Source: Leucoraja ocellata (taxonomy: Eukaryota). From it: DNA of 64,000 nt. Location of the stretch: the NCBI GenBank assembly GCA_036785375.1, contig JAWMAR010000446.1:248001-312000 (forward strand), in the 5' to 3' direction. Below, piece after piece: positions 36,752 to 49,411 of this stretch. Position numbers and translations under genes: made by a program. A model generated the notes under the pieces. That model was given only the letters and a program-made list of their open reading frames with translations. It ran no database searches and was not told where the DNA came from. The number at the start of each line of letters is the position of its first letter. The first letter of the stretch is position 1.

Positions 36752-38553
36752 CTTGGGCAACTTACAACCCAGCGGTATGAACATTGGTTTCTCTCTCCGT
36801 CCCTCCCACACCCTGGTCATCCTGCTAGTATATCTTCATTATCACCTCCTCCATGCCAACAATGGACCATTGTGGGCTCCTTGGCCATCACTGATTTGTT
36901 CTGTATCTTTACATACCTCTAGTTTCCCTTTCCGCTGACTCTGAGTCGGGAGAAGTGACTCGGCCCAAAACTTCACCTATTCCTTTTCTCCAGAGATGTT
37001 GCCTGCCCTGTTGAGTTACTCCAACATTTTGTGTCTATCTTTGGCATGGACATGTTGTGCTGTATACCTGTACGACTGACTATGAGATGTAAATGCCTGA
37101 TATAAATCTGATAATACCTGATAATATATACTTCGAGGGGAATTAAAACAGCTAACTTTTCCATCTACTCAGACGTCGTCTTTATTAGTTGTGGCTTTTC
37201 AGTTGCAAAAGACAATTTTGCAATTTCTAGGTTGAATGGCCTCGAACACACTTATTTACACTTAAGTGACATACCAGGAAATCACAGGCCTATTCTCTGA
37301 TCAGATGTTGACTGAACATTTTCACCTGGATAACAAGGAGGCTTTTTGCTTTTTACTCTATTTCAGGGAATTTGGGTGAAAATTATGGGAGAGGAGATTG
37401 GGTGCCTAATCACCTATCATTTCTACTTCTGATGACTTTTCAGACGAGCTAGAATTAGTATCCATTGTGAAGTCACAGTCAAACACCTCATTAATGCTCA
37501 CCCACTGAGAATGTTAATTAGTCCGGTGAGAGAGGATTCTCGGCAGCTCTGAAGTTGAATTGCCACATGGGAATCACTTTGAGCAAGATACCTTCTCACA
37601 CGCTATTTTACTAAAAGCAGGATCTTCAGTGCCACATTAAAATAATGAGGTTCAGTCATCTGAATGTAGAAAAAATTTGTGAATAATCTGTACATAGTCG
37701 GTTCATAGCTCCTTAATATCCGCACATCCACACAAAAAGTGTTGGAGCAACTCAACAGGTCAGGCAGCATCTTCGGAGATTTTGGCATTTTGGGTCGGAC
37801 CATTCTTCAAATTGTAGAGTTGTGTTTTTTAACTGAAAATCCAGTCTGAAGGAGGGTCGTGACCCGAAACATCACGCCTCCATGTAGCAGTCTGAAGAAG
37901 GGTCCAAGATCCAAAACATCACCTATCAATGTTGTCCAGAGGTGATGGCAGGAAAATGGGGTTGAGAGGGACAGATAGATCAGCCATAGTTGAATTGCGG
38001 AATAGGCTCGAAGGGCCGAATGGCTTAATTCTGCTCATATAGAGGTGACCACTGGTCGGCGTGGACTCTGCATCTAGTGGGAGACGGAAGGTATGCAACA
38101 TTTCACAAACTACCCAACCTCCCATCCTGTCGGTAATCTGAGAAGCTCTGTGGTTCCCATGTTTGCCTTGACGGCCAGCTCAGAACCCGTAAAACCAGAG
38201 AGGAAGCAAATGACTGCGTTTTTATTCAAGGAGTAGAAAGCAAAGCGTAAAGACAAAGAACGCAAAAATCTGAAATTAAGGCTTTGAAATTTCTTGCCAT
38301 TGGAAGAAGTAGGAAAGGGGCGGCACAGTAGCGCAGCAGTTGAGTTGCTGCCTCACATGATCAGAGGTTCGATCCTGACTATGGGTGCTGTCAGATTCTC
38401 CCTGTGACCGTGTGGGTTTTCTCCAGGTGCTCCATTTTCCTCCTCGACTTTAGCTTGCAGTAAACGTTATACTCTTTATTCCTGTATCTGTACACTGTGG
38501 ACGTCTGGATTGTAATTTGGAGTATTGTCAGCAGTTTTGGGCCCCCAATATCT

Positions 38554-40280
38554 TTTTTTTACTTTTTTAAATTTTATTTTTAATAGCAGTACAGTAACTT
38601 ACATTAATACACATCACATATATCTTATTACATTATGTTGTACCACTTCATTTTTTGAGCTTTAAAAAAGATAGAAATAAAAGAAGTAAGGAAAGCAAAC
38701 AAGAATCGTGAAGGTGCAGGAAAATGTTGGGAGAAGAGAACCCCTTAGGGAAGGAATTAGAGAAGGAAGTAAAGAAAGGAAATAAGACCCTAGAAAGAAA
38801 AGAAAAAAAGAAGAAAGGAAAAACAATCGCTCTATTGTAACACAAAACTCCGCAAAAAAGGATATACCAACCGTGTTTTTATTAAAAATTTATTTTATAC
38901 CCCCCGTTACCAGATCCTGGTACCCTTTATATTTTAACTTACTATTGCACCTTATGCTTGTAATATTTCCGTAAATGCAGACCACGTCTTTTGGAAGTGA
39001 TCTGCTCTGCCTGCTAGGAGGAGTCTCATCTCTTCCAAGTGTAGTGTTTCGAACATGTTTGAAATCCACATTTTTATTGTTGGTATTGGAGCATTTTTCC
39101 AAAATATGAGTATAAGCTTTTTTCCCCATTATTAGCCCATAATTAAGTAAGTTCTTTTGAAACGTTTAATTCGGGGTTACCTTCCGATATTCCAAAAATG
39201 ATCCATTCTGCTTTGGTACCAGTTTTATTTTAAATAATTTTGTGAACATTTCAAATATTTAGTTCCAGAATTTTTGAATTTTTATACAAAAAACGAAAGA
39301 GTGCGCTATGGTAGCTTCTTGTGACTGACATTTATCACAAATGGGTGAGACATTGGGGAAAAGTTTATTTATTTTAGTTTTTGAATAATATAGTCTATGT
39401 AATGTTTTATATTGGATTAGAGTATGTCGTACGTTGATCGAGCATTTATGCACATATAGTAAGTGTTTATCCCAGCTCTCTTTTGAAATTTTTATAGCTA
39501 GTTCTTGTTCCCAGTCTCTTCTAATACTATCGATTCAAAATAATATTATATAAGTATGATATTAAATTTGCTGATTCAGCCTTTATCTTCATGGCTTCAT
39601 CCAATAAGTCTGGGGACATGTCATGATAGTCTTTTGTGTATTTTTTCAGATAATCACGGATTTGAAGATATTTGAAATATTGATTATTTTTCAAATTATA
39701 TTTCAGTTGTAATTGTTGAAATTATAATAATTTTCCTAATTCATACAAGTCTCAGAGCGTTTTGATTCCCATTCTTTCCCATTGTGTAAATGATTTATCT
39801 ATAATTGAGGGTTTAAACAAAGGGTTATTGACTATTGGCATTAAAAAGAGATAGATTTCTTAATTTTAAGTTCTGTTTTATTTGTTTCCAAGTTCTAATT
39901 GTACTATGTATCATTGGATTTTTATTATAATTTTTGTTATTCAAATTCATTGGTGAGAGGAGAGTCGCTCCTGTATTACACGGAGCGCAGTCCACTCTCT
40001 CTCCATTATAATCCAATCCACCCGCTGGGCAGAGTTGTCCAGCAGGTGAATCATATTTTTAATATTTACTGCCCAATTATAGTACATAAAGTTAGGGAGC
40101 GCTAGACCACCCACCTCTTTTGGTTTACTAAGGTGTGCTCTTTGTATTCTGTGGGATTTATAATCCCATATAAAGTTTGTAATGTCTGAGTCTAATTTTT
40201 TGAAAAACTTTTTTGGAAGATATATTGGAATTGATTGAAATAAATATAGGATTTGTGGTAAAAAGATCATTTTTATAGCA
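38554..40280 (-). mobile_element. L1-clade LINE, 5'-truncated, decayed ORF2 C-terminal half
   Basis: IKMIFLPQILYLFQSIP...GGLALPNFMYYNWA and CCHC knuckle ICDKC...HSFVFC. A-rich tail. 17-bp TSD TTGGGCCCCCAATATCT at 38537-38553 and 40281-40297. Confidence 0.9.
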
Positions 40281-40665
40281 TTGGGCCCCCAATATCTGAG
40301 GAAGGATGTGTTGGCATTGGAGAGGGTCCAGAGGAGCTTTATGAGAATGATACCAGGAATGATGGTGTTAACATATCGCAGGAGTTCAGGTGGATGTGGG
40401 GCGCACCTCATTGAAACATACCGAATACCAAAAGGCTTGGATAGAGTGGATGGGGAGAGGATGTTTCCACTAATGGGAGAGTCTAGGATCAGAGGCCACA
40501 ACTTTAGAATATAAGGACGTACCTTTAGAAATGGATTCATTGCCACAGAAGGCTGTGCAGACCAAGTCAATGGATATTTTTAAGGCGGAGATTGACAAAT
40601 GCTTGATGATTACGGGTGTCAAGGGTTATGGGGATAAGACAGGAGAATGAGGTTGAGAGGCAAAG
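40281..40665 (+). mobile_element. CR1 fragment hosting the L1 (5' part at ~38515-38553)
   Basis: YLRKDVLALERVQRSFMRMIPG...LIETYRI.KGLDRVDGERMFPL. Confidence 0.85.
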
Positions 40666-42129
40666 GTATCTATGTCATGATCATGCTCATGATATCAGGC
40701 AACTGAACCATCGTACCAACAATTAGAGAGCAGGCCTGAGCTACTATCTTCCTCATTGGAGATCCTCAGTCTATCTTTAATTGGGTTTTACTGGACTTTA
40801 ACTTGCACCAAACGTTATTCCCTTTATCTGTACCCTTATCTGAACCCTGTGAATGGCTCGATTGTAATCATGTATTGTCTTTCTGGTGACTGTTTAGCAT
40901 GCAACAAAACCTTTTCACTGTACCTTGCTACACAAGACAATAAACTAAATAGTGCCATGAAATTTACTTCATGACATCAAAATGGCTGATAACCAAATGT
41001 ATTCAGAACCGCATAATCCAAGTTACTATTTATTGGCATAAAGATATATCTTGATATATTTGATAAGTACGGGTGTCAGGGGTTATGGGGGGAAGTTGGA
41101 AGAATGGGGTTGAAAGGGAAAGATAGACCATGCATGATTGAATGGCAGAGTAGACTTGATGGACCAAAAGGCTAATTCTGCTCCTATACTGTAACTCATG
41201 AACTTATGAGCTTAAATGTGATTAGTACTTATTAGAGGGACCTTGCCTGTCTTTAGCTTGATGCTGAGGTAAACTCAGATGGTTCTGCAGCTGAGAATGA
41301 GGCAGCATCATATTGAGAAAAATAATTCTTCCACTAATGTAATCATCAGACAAGAAGGATTGGATCTGCAGTTCTCCTGTAGAAGCAGTGCATTATCTTA
41401 GTTTGTTGACTTGATAGAATGAAATAATATTTCTTTATCAGCTAAATATTATCCAATACAGTGGATGATTAAATTTTACACTTAGCATTTAACATATATC
41501 ATTTGAGTCAAATGCCTTATCATTTAGTGAAGGAATTAATATAAACACATTAGGAAGTATAATGAAACAGTTTTGAACTGTTTCATTATACCCATCTACC
41601 CCAGCAGCAGACTATTTAAACCTATTATTATACTAATAGCTATATAATAATTATAATGTGAACAAAATAAATATTAATTAGAGCCATGCAAAGAGTTCAT
41701 AAATGTAAAAATACCAGAAGGAAATTTTAAAAGATTTAATTGTATGTTTCTTTGTTATCAATATGAGTTGCAAAGGTTTCCTTGGAAACTTCCAAATTAC
41801 TTTTTGTTGAAATCCAAATGTACTTGCATGTATAAATCAGTTAGCTCGGAGCTGTGTCCAAGACATCCTCTTCACATTAGTTACGAAATTAACACAGAAT
41901 GGTATAGCACAGGAAAAGGCCAAGCGGCCCGTAATGTCTGTGTCAAACATGATGCCAAGAAAAACTAACCCCCTCCACTTGCACATAATCCATATTTCTC
42001 CATTCCCTGCATTTCCATGTGCAAAGCTAAAAGCCTCTTAAATGCTACTATCGTATCTGCCTCCACCACCACCTCTGGCAGTGTGTTCCAGCACACTCCA
42101 TCCTCTGTAAAAAAACTTGACGTCGCTCA

Positions 42130-42950
42130 TCTATATAACTAAAAGTCTCATCTTGACCACTTCCAATCTGCGCTGTATATTGATTTTTGAAAAACGCTAC
42201 CATATATCGCTATGATTTTTAGCCCAACTTACTCACTGTCCTCCTATGCTGAGGCAGCCCCGAGGGTTTTTCCGAGCGATGAAAAATAAAAAGGTTATGA
42301 GGGTATAAAAGATCTTGAGATCAGCTGATTGCTCCTCTCGTCTGTCAATCACCGTGATGAAGGTAACGCCCCTTCCGGGGCGGGCAAGACTATAAAACCC
42401 CGGTTGCCTGGTCAATCTGGAAAATCGTGAGGGAGAGTCCACAACTGTGATTCTAAGCTGTGAATCAACTAAACTGTGAGTCTGCAATGTACTTGCAATA
42501 AATGATTTGTTCGCCTTTAATGACAATGTAATGAGTTGTTTGGCAATTTGGTGGCCTGCACTCTGCTAGAAATACTACGAAACTTAATTTGGTGGCCTGC
42601 CCTCTGCCTGAAATGCTCTGAAATTAAATTTGGTGGCCTGCACTAGGCCTGAAATGCAATTTCAAGGAATAGCCGTGAGTGAACTGCCAGCTCACCAGGC
42701 CTGAGTGACTGAGCTGCCAGCCCACCAGGCCTGAGTGACTGAGCTGCCAGCCCACCAGGCCTGAGTGACTGAGCTGCCAGCCCACCAGTGCAAGAATCCC
42801 TTTGGCGCACAACACCCATACTAGCGCTCCAGAAAGCGCCCCCCCACCCACTGGCCTCCAATATTGGAATTGGTGTAGAGGTGGAATATTGCATTGGGGG
42901 ACCAGCCCTCCCGTGTGAACATGAGACCCAACGGGTCCCACTTTGTCTAG
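42130..42950 (+). mobile_element. Non-autonomous Helitron
   Basis: 5' TC, 3' CTAG, inserted between host A (42129) and T (42951) with no TSD. Subterminal hairpin GACCC-AAC-GGGTC just upstream of CTAG. Internal 30-bp tandem repeat (gcccaccaggcctgagtgactgagctgcca, ~3.5 copies, ~42677-42788). Splits a CR1 remnant. Confidence 0.85.
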
Positions 42951-43143
42951 TATCTCTTAAACTTTGTCAAAGAGGACAGAAAATTCTAACCAGAGAAAAA
43001 ACTGGCTCAGCCTTTATTTTTTCAGTTCAGCTCTTCCTGAATACTGATCATTGACATGCTGTCTTAGTGCATTGCACTGGTGAATTGGCTGCAGTACACT
43101 AACACAGTCAGCTTCATGTCTCCCACTTCTTGGGAACACTGCT

Positions 43144-43442
43144 TTAGTTTAGTTTAGTTTAGAGATACAACCCTGAAACAGGGCTATCGGCCCTCCGAGT
43201 CCGCGCTGGACTGCGATCCCCGCACACTAACACTATCCTACACTCTAGGGACCATTTACAATTTACAGAAGCCAATTAACTTACAAACCTTCACCTGTGG
43301 GAGGAAACCGGAGTCCCCAGAGAAAACCCATGCTGGTCATGGGGAGAATGTACAAACTCCGTACAGACAACACCCATGGTCAGGATCAAACCTGGGTCTC
43401 TGACGCTGTAAGGCAGCAACTCCACCGCTGCGCCACCGTGCC
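43144..43442 (-). mobile_element. HE1-type V-SINE
   Basis: (TTTAG)n tail at left and reverse-complement tRNA-like head ending ccgctgcgccaccgtgcc. Confidence 0.85.
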
Positions 43443-43659
43443 TTCTGCAACTGAACTGTCCCATTGCAAAATATGAGCCCTGAACGGGCAGAAGGAGTGG
43501 GGTATTCTGGTCACTGCTCACTTTATGTTCAGAATTACCTGGTTACAATTACAATGTTGTTCACGACAAAGCCATAGTCTGGGAAATCAACCATCAAATA
43601 TCCTAAAATAAATCCCCTTTGTCAATGTGTCTGCTGGATGACACGGGTGTTATAAATGA

Positions 43660-43945
43660 TAGGAATAGAATTAGGCCATTCGGCCCATCATGAATACCCC
43701 GCCATTCAATCATGGCAGATCTATTTCTCCCTCCTAACCCCATTCTCCTGCCTTCTCCCCATAACCTCTGACACCCAGACAAATCAAGAATAGATCTATC
43801 TCTGCCTTTAAAAAATCCACTGACTTGGCCTCCGCAGCCTTCTGTGGCAAAGAATTCCAGATTCACCACCCTCTGAATAAAGACATTTCTCCTCATCTTC
43901 TTCCTAAAAGAGCATCCTTTAATTCTGAAGTTATGACCTCTAGCC
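43660..43945 (-). mobile_element. CR1 3' fragment
   Basis: ARGHNFRIKG.SF.KKMRRNVFIQRVVNL and CR1 3'UTR. Confidence 0.85.
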
Positions 43946-44183
43946 CACCACACAGGTGTTATGGCCAGTTAGATCGTTGCGCGCTGTGATATGGTCCGCC
44001 ACAAGGCTTTCTGCTGTAATTCACTACAAGTAACTACCTATCATCTAATTTAACACAAACTTACAGGCAAAAGCAGCTGTAGATTTGTCAATTTGAACCA
44101 GATGCTCACTCACTAAAACACGTGGAGAATTTGGGAGTGTCTGGGCTTATACCAGCATTAACCCAATTAGTTTTATAATCTTA

Positions 44184-44691
44184 CTAGACCCACTGGGACC
44201 CGTTGGGTCGCTGTCACACGGGAGGCCTGGTACTCCAACGCAACCCGTTCCCCAATGCCATATTCCACCACTCACCCGTTCCCCCATATTCCAGCACTCA
44301 CCCATTGCCCCCAACTGTGGAGGGGCGTATCCCCAGCACTGCCTCTCCCTCCTCTTGCTTTGAGGACTTTAAAAAAGAATGCAATTGCCCCCTCCCTCTC
44401 CTGTTGAGCTAAAATCTTGGTGAAAGGACTGAGTGTTGCTCAATTGTAACTTTGTTACAAGCTGGGCCAGCAAGGATTTAGATGTTAAATTCTTCTTGAA
44501 CTTGAATTTTTAAACCTAAAAATCATGAATGACGTGAAATATAAGATCAATCTGAATGAAACTTTATAGGAAGACCACGGGACGAAGGTGTGGAAGGTGG
44601 TTCAAAAACTTTAGCGCTACCGTGTACCGTTTTGGCATAGACACCTTCTCAATCGCACACACACAAACAAGACGAGACTTTTAATAGTATA
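44184..44691 (-). mobile_element. Non-autonomous Helitron, tandem unit 1
   Basis: Minus-strand 3' end gacccaacgggtcccagtgggtCTAG. 5' end tatactattaaaagtctcgtcttg resembles the 5' end of the 42130 element. Confidence 0.75.
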
Positions 44692-46288
44692 CTAGACCAA
44701 GTGCAGATCCGTTGGGTCTGTTCCCCCAACACGCATTTGCAGGGGGGGGGGGGGGGGGCATGCAACGCCACACACACTAACTACCCCCTTGATATTATAT
44801 TAATATTATTAATCTGCTCCTTTGACCCCCATACCCGCCCTATCCACTGACGCATAGCCCCCAACTCGTAGGCGCGCCTAGAGAGGGGGGTAGAGAGTGA
44901 GGGCAGAGAGAGAATGGGGAGAGACAGAGAGAGAGACAGAGACAGAAGGGCAAGCGACAGAGGGAGAGGGGGGGTGGAGGGGAGGACGAGAGGGAGGGTG
45001 GGTGAGGGGGGTGGGTGGAGGAAGAGGGAAGCCAGAGATGGGAGGTGAGAGGGGAGGAGAAAAAGGGAGAAAGGGGGACTGAGAGAAGGAAAAGGGAAGG
45101 GGGGAGGGCTGGGAAGGGAGGGGGGAAGGGGGGAAGGGGGTAAAGGAGGGGTGGAGGGAAGGGATGGAGGGAAGGGTGGGGGAGAGAGAGAGGGGAGGGT
45201 GTGGAGAGGAGGGGGAAGATGGTTTAGGGGAGGGAGGGTGAGGGAGGGCAGGGGGTTGGGGGAGAGGAAGGGAGGAGAGAGAGAGAGGGGGGAGAGAGAG
45301 AGGGTAGGGTGTGAGTGGGAAAAGGGAGGGGGAGGGGGAGGTGGAGGGATGGGGAAGAGGTGGAGAGAAGGATGGGGAGAGAGAGAGGGGAGGGGAGAGA
45401 GAGAGAGGGAGGGGAGGGAGAGGGGAGAGAGAGAGAGGGGGGGAGAGAGAGGGGAGAGAGAGAGAGGGGGAGAGAGAGAGCAGGGAGAGAGTGAAAGAGG
45501 GGGGAGGGAGAGAGGGAGGAGAGGGGGGACCAGCCGATCGTGGCTTCCGCAAAAGTAAGCGCCCCCACCAGCGTTACCGAGTCGAGCCGGGCAGGGGAGG
45601 GGAGGGGTGACAGACGATCGGGCCTCCCCGGAGAGGATGTCATCCCATGTGACGGGTAGAGAGGAGAGGGGAGAGAGGGAGGGAGGAGGTGAGAAGTGGA
45701 GGTGGGGGGGGGGGGGGGGGGGTGGAGGGGAGCCGGGCGAGTGAGTGGGCTGAGAAATGTGGGGACAGAAGCGGCTTCTGACTCTCTGGGAACCCACAGC
45801 TGGAATGAGCGGGCAGGAGATGGGAGGGGCGGGGCTTCACGACCTGCGTTGACAGTGAGGAGAACCTCATTCAGCGCATGAGCGATCTGCAGAACAAAGA
45901 TCCTATAGCGGAGCTGATCTGTATGGTCTGCTGCAGAACATTCTTGTTCTTTCTGCGCCTTTTGAAGGACGGGGGGGGGGGTGCATGGAGTAACGCACCT
46001 CGTGGAAAACTGCGCAGCAGCTGCAGCAGCTGCATTAATCTACAGCGGTGGGGAGCGGGGTGCAGGAGGCAGGTGGGCCTTGATTGGTGGGCATGTGGGC
46101 ATTGTGTGTCAGCAGCTGGCAAGCATTGATTTTTTTTTTAAGTGCGTTTTGTGAACAATTTAATTCAAAATCTGGGAAAATAATTGAGTATAAGTTAAAT
46201 CCTTACTGGAATATGTAAAAATCTCCGCGTTTTTGCGTCTGGTTTTCGAGGAGATATGTTTCAAAGGCAAAATGACATACACACCCTC

Positions 46289-46328
<40 letters not shown>

Positions 46329-46368
46329 CACACACACACACACACACGCACATAGTTTTAAAAGTATA
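44692..46368 (-). mobile_element. Non-autonomous Helitron, tandem unit 2 (GA-rich tract ~44880-45530; (CA)n ~46292-46352)
   Basis: 3' hairpin cagacccaacggatctg then cacttggtCTAG. 5' end tatacttttaaaact. Confidence 0.75.
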
Positions 46369-47165
46369 CTAGACCAAGTGCAGACCTGTTGGGTCTGTTC
46401 CCCCAATGCGTGTTTGCGTCGGGGGGGGGGGGGGGGGCGGCTTGCGGCATCACACACACTAACCATCCCCACACACACACTAACTACCCCCCTTGATATT
46501 ATATTAATATTATCAATTTGCTCCTTTTATCCCATAACCACCCTATCCACTAACGCATAGCCCCCAACTCGCAGGCGCATCAAGAGAGGGGGGGGGGGGG
46601 ATAGACAGTGAGGGCGAAAATGGGAAGAGACAGAGAGAGAGGGGGGGTGGAGGGGCGAAGGAGGGAGGGTGGGTTATGGGGAAAGGGTGGGAGCAAGGGA
46701 TGGGAGGAATGAGAGGGGAAATGGGGCCGAGATCTGCTGAACAAAGATCCTATAGCTGAGCTGTAGAATCTTTGTTCTGCAGAACTTTCTTGATCTTTCT
46801 GCGCCTTTTGAAGACCGGGGGGGGGGGGCGGGGGGGGGGGTGGTTGGCCAACGCACCTCGTGGAAAACTGCGCATGCGCGTTGACAGCAGCTGCATTAAT
46901 CCGCAGCAGCGGGGGGGGGGGGGGGTGGGGGGGGGGGGCAGGAGGCTGATGGGTCTGGATTGGTGGGCATGTGGGCATTATGATGTCAGCAGCTGGCAAG
47001 CGGCGAGTATTTTTTAAAAAGTGAGTTTTGTGAATAACTTTATTCAAAATCTGGGGAAATAATCAACCAAATTTAGAGAGGAGTGGGTTTCTGAAATCAT
47101 ATGTTAAATCCCTACCGAAATTGTAAAAATCTCCGCGTTTTTGCGTCTGGTTTTCGAGGATATAC
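46369..47165 (-). mobile_element. Non-autonomous Helitron, tandem unit 3 (runs into gap)
   Basis: Same 3' end as unit 2 and shared internal blocks (gaacaaagatcctatagc, aacgcacctcgtggaaaactgcgca, aaatctccgcgtttttgcgtctggttttcgagga). Confidence 0.75.
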
Positions 47166-47412
47166 NNNNNNNNNNNNNNNNNNNNNNNNNNNNNNNNNNN
47201 NNNNNNNNNNNNNNNNNNNNNNNNNNNNNNNNNNNNNNNNNNNNNNNNNNNNNNNNNNNNNNNNNNNNNNNNNNNNNNNNNNNNNNNNNNNNNNNNNNNN
47301 NNNNNNNNNNNNNNNNNNNNNNNNNNNNNNNNNNNNNNNNNNNNNNNNNNNNNNNNNNNNNNNNNNNNNNNNNNNNNNNNNNNNNNNNNNNNNNNNNNNN
47401 NNNNNNNNNNNN
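47166..47412. other. Assembly gap
   Basis: Run of N. Confidence 1.
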
Positions 47413-49411
47413 CAAATTATATTTGTCATGAATATCGTTGAGACTTTTCATACAGCAAGATTACAATCTGGGAATGTTCACTGTGTTATTTCCATCACTG
47501 GCATAAATTTGATAGGTGTTTGCTATTAGCTAATGGAAAGATATTCTTTAATTAAAATAGGCTTCACTCCTAATAAATGCATAATTAGTCCACCAAAGAT
47601 TCTGCTTGAATCAATACTTCAATAAATAATAATCACCTGTATACCATGTACCATAATCATTTAATCAAACGTGTCTTAATTCAATCTAAACAGAAACAGC
47701 AGAAGGAAACAATAAATGAATGAAGAAAATTGATGCTCTTCTCTGTATAATGCCTGAGGAAGTCTGTTTCTGATTGACTGCACTGTATGTACAGAAATAC
47801 ATTAAATATCAATGTGGTATATTTTATGCAAAATAAAGGAGTTTTAAAAGATAATCAAAAACAAAATGCAAATAACTCGGAAGCAAAATATGCATATGTT
47901 GTGCTTTGTAGAAGCAAAATTACTATGTCATATAAAGACCTAAAAAACACATTAGGGGTCACTTCATCAAACCAGAAATTATAATATTTAAAACCAAATT
48001 CTCCTTTTTATATTTCTACTGTCCCAGAAATGAATTTGGAAATCATTTTTTTTTTTTTTGAAAAGCCAAGGGAATTTTGGTATTGGGTTTAACATTATTA
48101 ACAGTGTTGTCTTCAAACATAAGACTGGTGCTTGTAGATTACTCCCTAATTAACCTGCAAAGAAGCTTGAAAGTGCACACCACCAGACTCAGGAACAGCT
48201 TCTTCCCCAGTTATCTGGGTTCTGAACAGTCCTTCCATAAGCTAAGGTACTGTCCAATTCACCTCTCCCCATTGAGGGCATTGGACTGTCTAATAAACTG
48301 ATGCGCTACAATGGATAGACACAAAATACTGGAGTAACAGGCATCATCTCTGGATAGAAGGAACGGGTGATGTTTTGGGTTGAAACCCTTCTTCAGACCA
48401 TTACTACATGCATTACAATGCTAAGAACTATATTTTACATTCTATATCTACAACTTTGCTCCACCTATTGGACTTGAGTTTGACTTGATTGTATCTATTT
48501 TTGGTATATCTGATAGTTTGCAAAACAAAGCTTTTCACTATACCTCAGTACAAGTGATAACAATATACCTAAACCTAAACCAGAAGTCTACACCACCACT
48601 GCATGGCCACTATTTGAGGGTTGGTTTGGTGAAGCATTTAACAGTTTATGGGTTATCTGGCTCTAACTGTTTTTATTTTCTGCATTTGTAACCCATATTG
48701 CTCTTTCATTGGCTTTCTACTCTACTCATGAACATGTAGAAACAAGGAATTGCAGAGACTGCTTTACATATGAAGACACAGAGTGCTGGAGTGGTTTAGC
48801 AGATCAGGCGACATCCCAGGAGGACATGGATAGGTGTCGTGTGTAGGAAGGAACTGCAGATGCTGGTTTAAAGCAATGATAGACACAAGAAGCTGGAGTG
48901 ACTCAGCAGGTCAGACAGCATCCCTGGAGAAAAGGAATAGGTGATGTTTCAGGTCAAGACCCTACTTTAGACTGAATCAGACTCAAGAAGGGTCCTGACC
49001 CAAAATATGTCTATCCATGTTCTCTTGAGATGTTGCCTGACCCGCTGAGCTACGTGAACACTCTGCTTCTTCTAGTGATGGGCATGATGGGCTCAATACC
49101 TTATTCTATGATGCCTTGTTATTGATTTGTTTGACAAAATGATGAAAATACAGAAATTATTAACAGTTGGATCTCCAGCCAAGTACTCACCCAGACAGAT
49201 TCCTAGTTGCTATCTATATTCAAGCATGAAGAAAAATCAGCTGGGCAGGTTTAAATCCAAACAGCTGAATAATGTGATTTTTCTGATGTTTCCAATCTTA
49301 TTCGGGAAATGCTAATAATAGAAGAATTGTGAATGGCACTTTCGGATCCAGCCAAATACTAAAATTCTTTGAACATTCATCACAACATACTTTGAATGCT
49401 GTTTTATGAGA

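Larger units (their letters stand above)
36555..37045 (+). mobile_element. Penelope-like element 3' end, interrupted by the ribozyme retroposon
   Basis: QSEAICKLQEQHLVFCLGN | LGNLQPSGMNIGFS across the insertion, then UTR, degenerate hammerhead (~36945-36975) and terminal repeat. Confidence 0.8.

Noticed and set aside
39947-40570. 207-aa ORF as a novel chimeric gene
   Set aside because: It is antisense CR1 sequence read through the TSD into L1 ORF2.
42677-42788. 30-bp direct repeats resembling a CRISPR array
   Set aside because: Contiguous tandem repeats with no unique spacers, inside a Helitron in a vertebrate genome.
44781-45797. 338-aa Pro/Ser/Leu-rich ORF and overlapping Gly/Glu/Arg-rich ORFs
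   Set aside because: Translations of a low-complexity GA tract that lacks stop codons in several frames; not genes.
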